Part shown: positions 56,544 to 64,000 of the stretch, piece by piece
Layout: each line of letters begins with the position of its first letter
Numbering within the stretch: position 1 is the first letter of the stretch
Made by a program: the position numbers and the translations under genes
Notes under the pieces: model-generated
What the model was told of the DNA's origin: nothing
Database searches by the model: none
What the model saw: the letters and a program-made list of their open reading frames with translations, nothing else
IMG/VR virus record: IMGVR_UViG_3300029286_003689
Span: 1 to 64,000 of that record
DNA from: a virus
DNA length: 64,000 nucleotides
Reading direction: 5' to 3' (one strand)

Positions 56544-57203
56544 CTAACCAATTACTAACTTATACGCCTTCTCGTAGCTGACGTTTGCCGGTAATTTAAT
56601 CCCTTTTTCCTTGGCTATCTTCTTTAATTCGGCCAAGGTAAAGGTCTTGTCGGCCCCGGGTCCTGCCCCCGTGTTATCCTGCTCTTCTTTAAGAGCCTCT
56701 TCGTTTGTTTGCGGCTTGGGGCTTGCGGCCTTCTTTTCGCTACCGTCCACAAACAAATTAGGAAGTTCGACGAAGTTATATCCTTTCGCCTCTTTATCAA
56801 TATCTTTTCCGAGTATGTGTTTAGAATACTCAATGTAGGCGATTTCCCGGGCGTGGCGTAAATCAGAAGCCCTATACGCCGGAATAAGCCTTAAATTCTT
56901 ATAGCAGGCCAATTCCTGTAATTCTTCCCAGCTTAAGTCTTTGATGTTCTTGCCGACGACAGAAGGTTTTCCTTCTATCTTTTCGACTTTATCTATATAC
57001 ACGCTTCTAAACATCTCAAACCTCTGCGTAAATCTCTTGTCGCCCTTAATAGCGATCTGCAACAACCTATTCTGTACGTTAGGCATGATGAAATCTTCGT
57101 GGCACTCAGGCATAATGACTATCACGCCTTCAAAATCCACAATGTCGCTTCCCAGTTTACCGCTTGTCCTGTAATCTCCGCTTATCGTAACTTTTAGTAA
57201 CAT
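56544..57203 (-). CDS. Hypothetical protein with C-terminal Rho-N/HeH-like helix pair
   Basis: TLAELKKIAKEKGIKLP. Confidence 0.55.
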   Translation of the reverse strand: MLLKVTISGDYRTSGKLGSDIVDFEGVIVIMPECHEDFIMPNVQNRLLQIAIKGDKRFTQRFEMFRSVYIDKVEKIEGKPSVVGKNIKDLSWEELQELACYKNLRLIPAYRASDLRHAREIAYIEYSKHILGKDIDKEAKGYNFVELPNLFVDGSEKKAASPKPQTNEEALKEEQDNTGAGPGADKTFTLAELKKIAKEKGIKLPANVSYEKAYKLVIG

Positions 57204-57214
57204 TTTCGCCCCCT

Positions 57215-58093
57215 TTATTTTTTGTATGTTGCTTCTAATTTATCAATTAACTTCTGCTTTTCTTCCGCTGTATGAGAACGCTGGCTAAGAGCCGCGATCT
57301 CCGCCCTTATTGATTTCCTGGTCGCTTCAACATCTCCGCCACCACCTGCGCCACCCCCTCCACCTCCGCCATCAATTTCTGGTTTAATTCCGTAGGCTTT
57401 GATGAAGTTGTTTGTAAAGCGATAGATAATCCCCAAATGTTCATTAGGTATTTTCTCTAAAGCTTTGCGATCCTCGGCTGAAAGATGTTTTGCCAAAACA
57501 TTAGCTGTCTCTCCGGCGGTTTTTTGATAATCTGCACCGTCTTTACCAAAAGACTCTTTCAAGATTGCTTCCATTCCGTCCTTTGAGTATCTTTGCGCGA
57601 CAACGCTCTTCTCAAGTTCCGAGTAGGAAGCTATAATCTTATTACCGATTGCCTTTGGAGTTCCGTTGTCGTAAAGCATTTTCGCTATCTTACCGGCAAT
57701 CTCTTTATTTGCTCCCTCCGGAAACTTATAGTCCTCTATCTTGGTATCTCCGCGAAGAGTAGCGAGGTAAGCATTGATTACTTCGGGAGTATCTTTCTCA
57801 AAATCCGGCACGACCATCTTTTTACCGGCCAAGCCATCTAAGTTATCAATGAGCTTAAAGACATCTTCCTGCGTCTTTATTTTCTTAGCCCAACCTTTTT
57901 CGGCGTATTCCTTGGGAACGCTGAATTGCTGCGCCCCTTGACCTGCGCCTTCACCGGACCCGGCACCGCCTTGTCCTTCACCAGCGCCAGCCCCCGCGCC
58001 TGCTCCGCTGCCTGTTCCTGCACCGGCCGCACCGGCGCCTGCTCCGGCTCCTGTCCCTGCTCCCGTGCCTTCTTGTTTCTGTTCCTCTGCCAT
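57215..58093 (-). CDS. Capsid scaffolding protein with Gly/Ala-rich N-terminus
   Basis: Synteny; (GA)n tract, LRG....DYKFP. Confidence 0.7.
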   Translation of the reverse strand: MAEEQKQEGTGAGTGAGAGAGAAGAGTGSGAGAGAGAGEGQGGAGSGEGAGQGAQQFSVPKEYAEKGWAKKIKTQEDVFKLIDNLDGLAGKKMVVPDFEKDTPEVINAYLATLRGDTKIEDYKFPEGANKEIAGKIAKMLYDNGTPKAIGNKIIASYSELEKSVVAQRYSKDGMEAILKESFGKDGADYQKTAGETANVLAKHLSAEDRKALEKIPNEHLGIIYRFTNNFIKAYGIKPEIDGGGGGGGAGGGGDVEATRKSIRAEIAALSQRSHTAEEKQKLIDKLEATYKK

Positions 58094-58407
58094 TATTCGC
58101 CCCTTTCTATTGCGGATAAGACATCCTTATCCAATATTTTCCGGAAAAATAAGATATATAAAGTTTCCATCCCCTTTTGAAATGCTAACTGCTGACCTTC
58201 TAATGCCTGCGGATTATGAGCAAAATCCGGCGCTTCAAATATCCCCGAAGTCTGATATATTGCCCGCGCAAAGAACTTTCCGTCATCCGTAGAGAATAGA
58301 CGGTTAGCGCAATCCTTTAACATCTTAACCTGCTCGGCTCTCTTTGCGTCCAACTCGGCCTTTAACTTAGCCGCGTCTTGAAGCTTGTCTACTGTGCTTT
58401 TTTCCAT
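58093..58407 (-). CDS. Bbp19-like head protein
   Basis: LFSTDDGK...AFQKG. Confidence 0.6.
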   Translation of the reverse strand: MEKSTVDKLQDAAKLKAELDAKRAEQVKMLKDCANRLFSTDDGKFFARAIYQTSGIFEAPDFAHNPQALEGQQLAFQKGMETLYILFFRKILDKDVLSAIERGE

Positions 58408-60206
58408 TACCTTCCCTCCTCCGTTTTTGTTGCTGCCACGTCTTTTTTCGCCCCCGCTATATTTCCGGCTATCTCCGAGCCGGTCTTACCAGCCTGTAAC
58501 TGTAACATCTGTGCCTGCATTTCGGCCTGTGCCGCAATCTTGGTTTTAAAATCATCCGCACTTATTACAAAGCTGCCTTGGATATTTAATGCCTCTTTAA
58601 AATCAGTTAAGAACTTATACCAATCAATAGCCTCAATGATGGCCGGATAAGCCCCTGCGAGAGCCATAATGATATTTAACATCTGCATAAGACCTTCAAG
58701 CTTCTCTGTCCGGGTCAATTTCTCAAGCTCATTATTGAATTTAATCTTATACCAAGGCTTACCCGCTGCTTTACACGCTAAAACAGCGTCGGGAATAATC
58801 ATCTCTGTCTTGCCACGATTTAAGAAGGCTTTGACTATATCAGGGAATAGACGAGGATTAACCCCTAATACTCCCATATCCTCAAGGATTGATACGCTTC
58901 TATGAGTTAGAGGCTCTAACATCTCCGTCTTTTGCTGCTGTATCATACCGGCCAAAGACCTGCCTCTTATCGCATACCGTTGCAACATTTCGGTTGCCGT
59001 CTTGCTCGATTTATTGTTGAAGTCAAGTAAAACGTCAATTTTAAATGCTGTGGTAATTTTTTCATTAAGATATGGGATAAGGAATTTAACTAAGTTAGAC
59101 GGATCGCCTACGTCGTGCAATGGGAATACTGGTGATCTTTCCCCTGCGGCGAAGGCTTGATTAAATACAGTCAATCCCTCGGCCGATGTGTCCAAGACGT
59201 TATCGCCGAGAATAGCATTACCCCACATACCAAGAGCTGGACTTGCCTGTTTCTCCATAATCTCAATGACCTTGCCAACCATATAGTTTACGCTGCGGAT
59301 GGTGGCAATAAGCATTGTCCCGCTGGACCGGCCGTAAACCTCACCCCTAATCTTGATTGCGCGGCACACTGAAACAGGAAGCCTCTTATAATCTTCTTCG
59401 TAGAATGGCTGATCGGCGTTATCATCCAAGAACCATACGCCTCTGTATTTTGCCCCGCGCTTACCTTCCAATTTCGGGTCAAAATCTTCTCTGGGGATAA
59501 TTCCGTGAACGATATTGAATTCTTGGTTGAAGTCTTTCTTCTTATAGGCGTCTTGGATTGCTTTAGGAAGCTTCTCCAGCATTTCTTTATTTATCTTCCC
59601 CTTATCCTTGGCAAACTCATTGACTATACGATTGGTGCGCCAGCGATACGGAACAAAGATAATATCAACCAACCCGTTCTTGCCTTCGTCAATGATGAGG
59701 TTGTCTACGCCGTAATTGCGGAATATTAGCGCGTTCTCTTCAATTCCCTGCTTAAATGAACTATTAGGGAAAGCCCCGATACCGCTTGTGCCAAATCCGG
59801 ATTGGTCGTAAAAATACGCCTTCATAGCCGTATTAAGGCCAGCCTGGCTATGGTTCATGTGGGACAATAGCTTCCTGGTGATATACTGAAAATACTTTGA
59901 TACCTTTGAGGCGTCGGCTAATTCCAAGACATCGTCGCTTGGCTCTAAGGTTAACGCTCCGTCTCCGGTCCCCCAACAAACACCCTGCAAATAGTCCCCT
60001 GCTTGGTTAACAGAGATAGCGGATGTGGGGTCGTCTATACACTCATCCCTTTGCTCGCCTTGGGTAAGCTTGCCCTGCGTAGCGTAAGTAGGCTCAACGC
60101 CAATTCCGATAATCTTGGAAATGGAATTCCAAAGAGCGACATTGCGCTCGCGATTAGTCTTTAATGTCGTGTATAAATCTTTTATGTTTTGGAAGTCTTT
60201 TTTCAT
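58407..60206 (-). CDS. Portal protein
   Basis: FGTS, EVYGRS, KTATE motifs; 599 aa. Confidence 0.88.
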   Translation of the reverse strand: MKKDFQNIKDLYTTLKTNRERNVALWNSISKIIGIGVEPTYATQGKLTQGEQRDECIDDPTSAISVNQAGDYLQGVCWGTGDGALTLEPSDDVLELADASKVSKYFQYITRKLLSHMNHSQAGLNTAMKAYFYDQSGFGTSGIGAFPNSSFKQGIEENALIFRNYGVDNLIIDEGKNGLVDIIFVPYRWRTNRIVNEFAKDKGKINKEMLEKLPKAIQDAYKKKDFNQEFNIVHGIIPREDFDPKLEGKRGAKYRGVWFLDDNADQPFYEEDYKRLPVSVCRAIKIRGEVYGRSSGTMLIATIRSVNYMVGKVIEIMEKQASPALGMWGNAILGDNVLDTSAEGLTVFNQAFAAGERSPVFPLHDVGDPSNLVKFLIPYLNEKITTAFKIDVLLDFNNKSSKTATEMLQRYAIRGRSLAGMIQQQKTEMLEPLTHRSVSILEDMGVLGVNPRLFPDIVKAFLNRGKTEMIIPDAVLACKAAGKPWYKIKFNNELEKLTRTEKLEGLMQMLNIIMALAGAYPAIIEAIDWYKFLTDFKEALNIQGSFVISADDFKTKIAAQAEMQAQMLQLQAGKTGSEIAGNIAGAKKDVAATKTEEGR

Positions 60207-60449
60207 TTAGTTCCCCAGCAATGTATCCCTTTTTTTAACGTCGCCTGATAACAACTCGGCTCCGGAACTTCCGCCGCCGGTTTTATATAATGCGCTTCTT
60301 ACGGCTTTGGCTTTCTTGGCTTCTGTTGCTACAGATGACTCTGCTTCGGATGTATCTGTGCCACCACCACCCCCGCTTGTTTCCTCTTCTTCCGGGAAGA
60401 AATAATCGCTAAAAGGCCACGTCATTACTCTGCCAAAATCTTCACCCAT
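60207..60449 (-). CDS. Small pre-portal virion protein
   Basis: TLLGN end, synteny. Confidence 0.6.
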   Translation of the reverse strand: MGEDFGRVMTWPFSDYFFPEEEETSGGGGGTDTSEAESSVATEAKKAKAVRSALYKTGGGSSGAELLSGDVKKRDTLLGN

Positions 60450-60822
60450 TTTTCCTTACCTCCTCGTATAATTGCTTTGGAGTTATGATCCACCATTTAT
60501 TGATACCTAAGAAATCCTTGCATATTCCGACGCAGGTTCTAAAGAACTTAAAACGCGGGTTAATCAACTCAACCTCACGCGCCATATATTCAGCGACAAT
60601 ATAACCGGCTTGAACTGCTTCTAAGGCCATATCGTTGGAATTTTTGGAGTAGTAATACATTCCTATCCCGCCAGTCGTCGGGTTAATCATAATGCTGGTA
60701 TTCTCAACAGGCCCGGCACACAGCAAGAAACAGTGGTTAAACTTCTTATGCAAAAACCAGTTCCACCACTTCGGCTTATTGATATTTTTAAAGACTACGT
60801 AGAATTTACGTCTATACTTCAC
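60442..60822 (-). CDS. Permuted papain-like (His-before-Cys) protein
   Basis: FNHCF...TCV..CK..LGI...TPKQLY. Confidence 0.5.
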   Translation of the reverse strand: MKYRRKFYVVFKNINKPKWWNWFLHKKFNHCFLLCAGPVENTSIMINPTTGGIGMYYYSKNSNDMALEAVQAGYIVAEYMAREVELINPRFKFFRTCVGICKDFLGINKWWIITPKQLYEEVRKNG

Positions 60823-62165
60823 TTGTGCGCTCCTACTCTATGGTTAACGCGCTTTACCTGTTGCCCAGACTCTCCTACTGCAATCTTGCCTAAGAGATAT
60901 TTAATACCGTACACGGCCATCATAACGCTGTCGGCGTGGTCCGGACTTTCTATACCGTCGTTTCTCATCTCTGGCTTAGACTGGATATAAACCTTGCCGT
61001 TCTTTTGATACTTACGCTTAATGGTTTCAAGTTGTTTAATTACCTTCTCGTGTTTGCCTAAGATAAGCCATTCCTGGTCTGTAAAGTCTTTTAAAACAAG
61101 GTAGCCGTCTGCGCGCTGGTTACCGGCGTTAATCTGTAAGCTCTCTCCAGCTCCGTCAAAGCCTTGAATATCCTTAATTGACTTTGATAATGAAACATAC
61201 ATCGGGTATCCTAAACCGCCCTTGTCAACTATTGAGAGTGTCGGCTGCCATAGGCTCTTTAACGCTATGGTCTTGCCAACGCTTAAATCTGTGTCTCTGT
61301 CGCTCCAGGCGCGTTGATCTACCAGTTCCCAATGAACATTGCTTTTACGCTGGAGTAATGAGGCAACACACATATCCCCGCCGCCACCGGAAAAATCAAC
61401 ACCCATTACGGATTGAGGAATAAATAAGTCTCCGAAGGGCTGTAAGGTCTTAGCGATATCCAGCTTGGCAAAGTTAAAAAGATAATCCTCTGCCTGGTCT
61501 AACGGCTCTCCCAGCCAGATATGGTTATAATCAGCCTCGTTGTTTCGTTTGCACTCTTCGGATTCTACGATTAAGGCTTGGGGACATTTTGGGTTATCAG
61601 TATAATTTATTTTGATATGAAGGCAGTCTGACCGGCCAGCGCAAAATACGTACACCGGGTCATTGCGGACAAACCTGTTCATCGTAAAGAATATTTTGGC
61701 GTTCTCTTTACGGATTGTCGGGATTAAAGCGTCAAGGGTTCTCTTGGTTATTGCTTGGGCCTCATCAATCCAGACAATATCAACGCCTTCCATACCCTGA
61801 ATGTTGACAGCGCCTTGCTCGCGGAAGCCGCGGAAGTTAAAGGCCGTGCCGGTCTCGCGGTGAGTTATCTTGCTTGCCAATACTTCAAAATAGAGAAAGT
61901 TCTTGCCGATTAACTCGGATAAAAGGGTATAGACTGATTCCTGAATAGTATTTTGAATTTCACGGCCGCATACGATACGCAAGCGCGATAGCTTCTCAGC
62001 CAGGTATAATAAGAGCCTTCCGACTGTCTGGGATTTGGCGCCGCCACGGCCACCCTCAATCAAAAAATACCGATACTTGTTGATGTCCGTGATTAACGGC
62101 ATCAGCTTAGACGGTATTTCTGATAAGATTTCCGGAAGCTCTAACTCCATAACAGCGCTATCCAA
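60819..62165 (-). CDS. terL: Terminase large subunit (PBSX-like ATPase)
   Basis: GGRGGAKS, CGREIQNTI, WIDEAQ, SPDHADS. Confidence 0.92.
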   Translation of the reverse strand: MDSAVMELELPEILSEIPSKLMPLITDINKYRYFLIEGGRGGAKSQTVGRLLLYLAEKLSRLRIVCGREIQNTIQESVYTLLSELIGKNFLYFEVLASKITHRETGTAFNFRGFREQGAVNIQGMEGVDIVWIDEAQAITKRTLDALIPTIRKENAKIFFTMNRFVRNDPVYVFCAGRSDCLHIKINYTDNPKCPQALIVESEECKRNNEADYNHIWLGEPLDQAEDYLFNFAKLDIAKTLQPFGDLFIPQSVMGVDFSGGGGDMCVASLLQRKSNVHWELVDQRAWSDRDTDLSVGKTIALKSLWQPTLSIVDKGGLGYPMYVSLSKSIKDIQGFDGAGESLQINAGNQRADGYLVLKDFTDQEWLILGKHEKVIKQLETIKRKYQKNGKVYIQSKPEMRNDGIESPDHADSVMMAVYGIKYLLGKIAVGESGQQVKRVNHRVGAHK

Positions 62166-62619
62166 TTTTAATCTCCAAGTTCTTACCAGCTATTTTAATA
62201 GCGGGCATTTGGGTAAATTTAACTTCACCGCTTAATTCAGTCTCAATCTTATCAACCCAACCAAAGTTCTTTAAGGCGAAGATTGCGCCGGTGCAATTTG
62301 AACCGGACAATAATCTCTCGTAATAAACAGACATTAAGGCTCGCGCTCTTTTTATAGTGTGAGTAAACTCTGGCTTTACTTCATACTCATAGAAGCTGTG
62401 TCTATCCGCAAAACCACAAAATAAAGCTAACCCTGAAATAGTAGGAGAATATTTTCTTAGAGTAGACTTACTCTTTTTTGTTCTCATTAAGCCAACGTCA
62501 ACATAAGCTTCGGTATTAAAATAGTCTCGGATTTTGTTTTCTAACTCCGCAGCAGATTTATAAAATGGCGGGCGGCCTTCGGGATTTTTTTTCTTTGGGA
62601 TTATCTTTTTCTTTTTCAT
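62158..62619 (-). CDS. terS: Terminase small subunit
   Basis: GRPPFY...PTISGLALFCGF...GAIFALKNFGW. Confidence 0.8.
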   Translation of the reverse strand: MKKKKIIPKKKNPEGRPPFYKSAAELENKIRDYFNTEAYVDVGLMRTKKSKSTLRKYSPTISGLALFCGFADRHSFYEYEVKPEFTHTIKRARALMSVYYERLLSGSNCTGAIFALKNFGWVDKIETELSGEVKFTQMPAIKIAGKNLEIKIG

Positions 62620-62631
62620 CGTCGAGCTTCC

Positions 62632-62745
62632 AATAAAAAAGCCAGTTTCCGCCGTTCGAACGGTAACTGGCTTTATAATCTATTTAGACAGGGAGCGACC
62701 CTATCTTGCCTACATTATCGCACTACCCTCTATTATAAAGCAAGG
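62632..62745 (-). promoter_or_regulatory. Packaging-operon leader: promoter-like site, pentaloop hairpin, terminator
   Basis: Hairpins at 62686-62706 and 62641-62671, the latter followed by a U-tract. Confidence 0.6.
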
Positions 62746-62772
62746 GATACTCACGAGGACTTGGGAACGAAA

Positions 62773-62970
62773 TCATCTTATAGCCAACTCCGTAGCCTGT
62801 TGCTTAACTCTCGTAATAGAAACTGATACTCTCCGGTCTGTCTTTCGTAAAAATTCATCGAAATATTTTCTCCCCTGTTCTAATTTTCTTTTATGCTGAC
62901 ATTCTGGCACTCCGCAAGTTTCTTTTATTTTTGGTCGTTTGTTACAGTAGGGACATAACCCTGCCATCAA
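62773..62970 (-). CDS. Small Cys-rich hypothetical protein
   Basis: CPYC...C....C. Confidence 0.45.
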   Translation of the reverse strand: MMAGLCPYCNKRPKIKETCGVPECQHKRKLEQGRKYFDEFLRKTDRRVSVSITRVKQQATELAIR

Positions 62971-63399
62971 TCATCTCCTTTCGCTTGAGACTAAATCTGT
63001 TATTAGTTTACCGTCCATATGGTCTATCTCGTGCTGAATAAGGCGCGCTTCAAATCCCGAAGCTTTTTTCTTTTTACCATTGCTTATATACTCAATCATC
63101 CAAGCTCGCTCAACATCGCGCCACACATTGGGGATTGATAAGCAACCTTCCTTCTGTTTATCTGTGCCCCATCTGTTTATAATTACCGGATTAAATAAAA
63201 CACGCTCTTTGCCATTATGAATATACCAGGCAAACCTTAAGGGTATGCCGATTTGAATTGCTGCCAATCCTGCGCCTTTAGTCCATGCTGTCTTATTAGC
63301 CTCTCTCAACTTCCTGATTAAATCTAATTCTGCGACCTCTTCCTGTGTCGTTTTCTTAGAGACCTGATGAAGTATCTCTTTGTCTGTTATTATTTCCAT
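62971..63399 (-). CDS. def: Peptide deformylase
   Basis: GAGLAAIQ, EGCLS and QHEIDH motifs all intact. Confidence 0.93.
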   Translation of the reverse strand: MEIITDKEILHQVSKKTTQEEVAELDLIRKLREANKTAWTKGAGLAAIQIGIPLRFAWYIHNGKERVLFNPVIINRWGTDKQKEGCLSIPNVWRDVERAWMIEYISNGKKKKASGFEARLIQHEIDHMDGKLITDLVSSERR

Positions 63400-63411
63400 C
63401 TCCGTCCTCCC

Positions 63412-63630
63412 CTAATTGCTTCTTTTTACCTTATCGCTTCCAATATAAATGCCTCCGCCCTGAGACTTCCGGTAAACCTTCTGTAATGCGTCGCCTTGTT
63501 TCTGCGATAGATTTCTTCCCTTATCAACCTGTTCTTCTATGGAGATCATAAAGTCCATCTCCCACGCGTTCAGGGTGTAGTCTGAATCCTTAATTTTCTC
63601 AATAAGTATTTTGGCGTCATTGTTTAACAT
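63412..63630 (-). CDS. Hypothetical protein, homologue of 24178..24417
   Basis: Shared motif pattern. Confidence 0.6.
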   Translation of the reverse strand: MLNNDAKILIEKIKDSDYTLNAWEMDFMISIEEQVDKGRNLSQKQGDALQKVYRKSQGGGIYIGSDKVKRSN

Positions 63631-63793
63631 TGACCGTCTCCTGTAAAATTATTTTACCTGTCCTTAAGTTCATCGTTCCTATCTTGCCGCAACGTTCACA
63701 TTTATATTCATTGAAGAAATGATGCTCTCCGAAAGCAAGATGTGTATAGACTACCCACCTATGCCAACCCAAAAGACAACGAATAAAAATCAT
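63617..63793 (-). CDS. DUF1660-like small protein (not in ORF track)
   Basis: RCLLGWHRW...CERCGK, like 22736..22945. Confidence 0.5.
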   Translation of the reverse strand: MIFIRCLLGWHRWVVYTHLAFGEHHFFNEYKCERCGKIGTMNLRTGKIILQETVNVKQ

Positions 63794-63942
63794 CCCTTGC
63801 CCTCCTCTACCTTAAAAATTCTGCCACTGCCGTCAAACTCAATCTTAAGCGTCTTTCCTTCTTGCTTAAGATACTCCGCTACTTCCGGCCAAAGCACGAA
63901 GCGTAAGTCTTTCGGCACCCCCTCTATCACCAACTTAGCCAT
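63790..63942 (-). CDS. 50-aa hypothetical protein (not in ORF track)
   Basis: AGGAG RBS; ATGA overlap with the next gene. Confidence 0.45.
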   Translation of the reverse strand: MAKLVIEGVPKDLRFVLWPEVAEYLKQEGKTLKIEFDGSGRIFKVEEGKG

Positions 63943-64000
63943 TATTTATCTCCTTTCGGTTTTTATTGTTCCCTGTAATCGTCGCACTCAAAAACTTGAG

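Larger units (their letters stand above)
38824..64000. mobile_element. Prophage B (second temperate podovirus with DGR); continues past the right edge
   Basis: Second full set of terminase, portal, scaffold, capsid, tail, ejection and fibre genes, divergent from set A. Confidence 0.9.

Noticed and set aside
1-64000. A single phage with two morphogenesis modules
   Set aside because: An integrase plus att core separates two complete, same-order gene sets; tandem prophages are simpler, although an assembly chimera cannot be excluded without reads
1-64000. Host taxonomic assignment
   Set aside because: No host genes in the window; only lipoproteins and a peptidoglycan peptidase hint at a walled bacterium

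Overview
The window contains no recognisable host housekeeping genes. It is best read as two different temperate podovirus-type prophages in tandem and in the same orientation. Prophage A (1 to ~38.8 kb) has BPP-1-like head genes, T7-like tail/ejection genes, a methylase/recombination/replication region, a tRNA(CAU), a cI/cro switch and a tyrosine integrase. The junction is an att-like site whose 21-bp core is the 5' end of a tRNA (38824-38844). Prophage B (~38.85 kb to beyond the right edge) has an atypical lysis-like cassette, a complete diversity-generating retroelement (DGR), a different capsid and terminase, and a peptide deformylase. In the DGR, the tail-fibre VR and the TR differ at 13 of 114 positions, all TR adenines; the RT follows, there is no Avd, and two small unknown ORFs lie downstream. 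Both phages end in homologous DGR-type tail fibres with an identical 27-nt 3' end. The phage A fibre has a VR that does not derive from this TR (12 non-A mismatches) and carries an apparent cleavable Sec signal peptide. Several structured-RNA and regulatory elements are also visible. All calls are by eye from motifs and synteny; no database searches were run.
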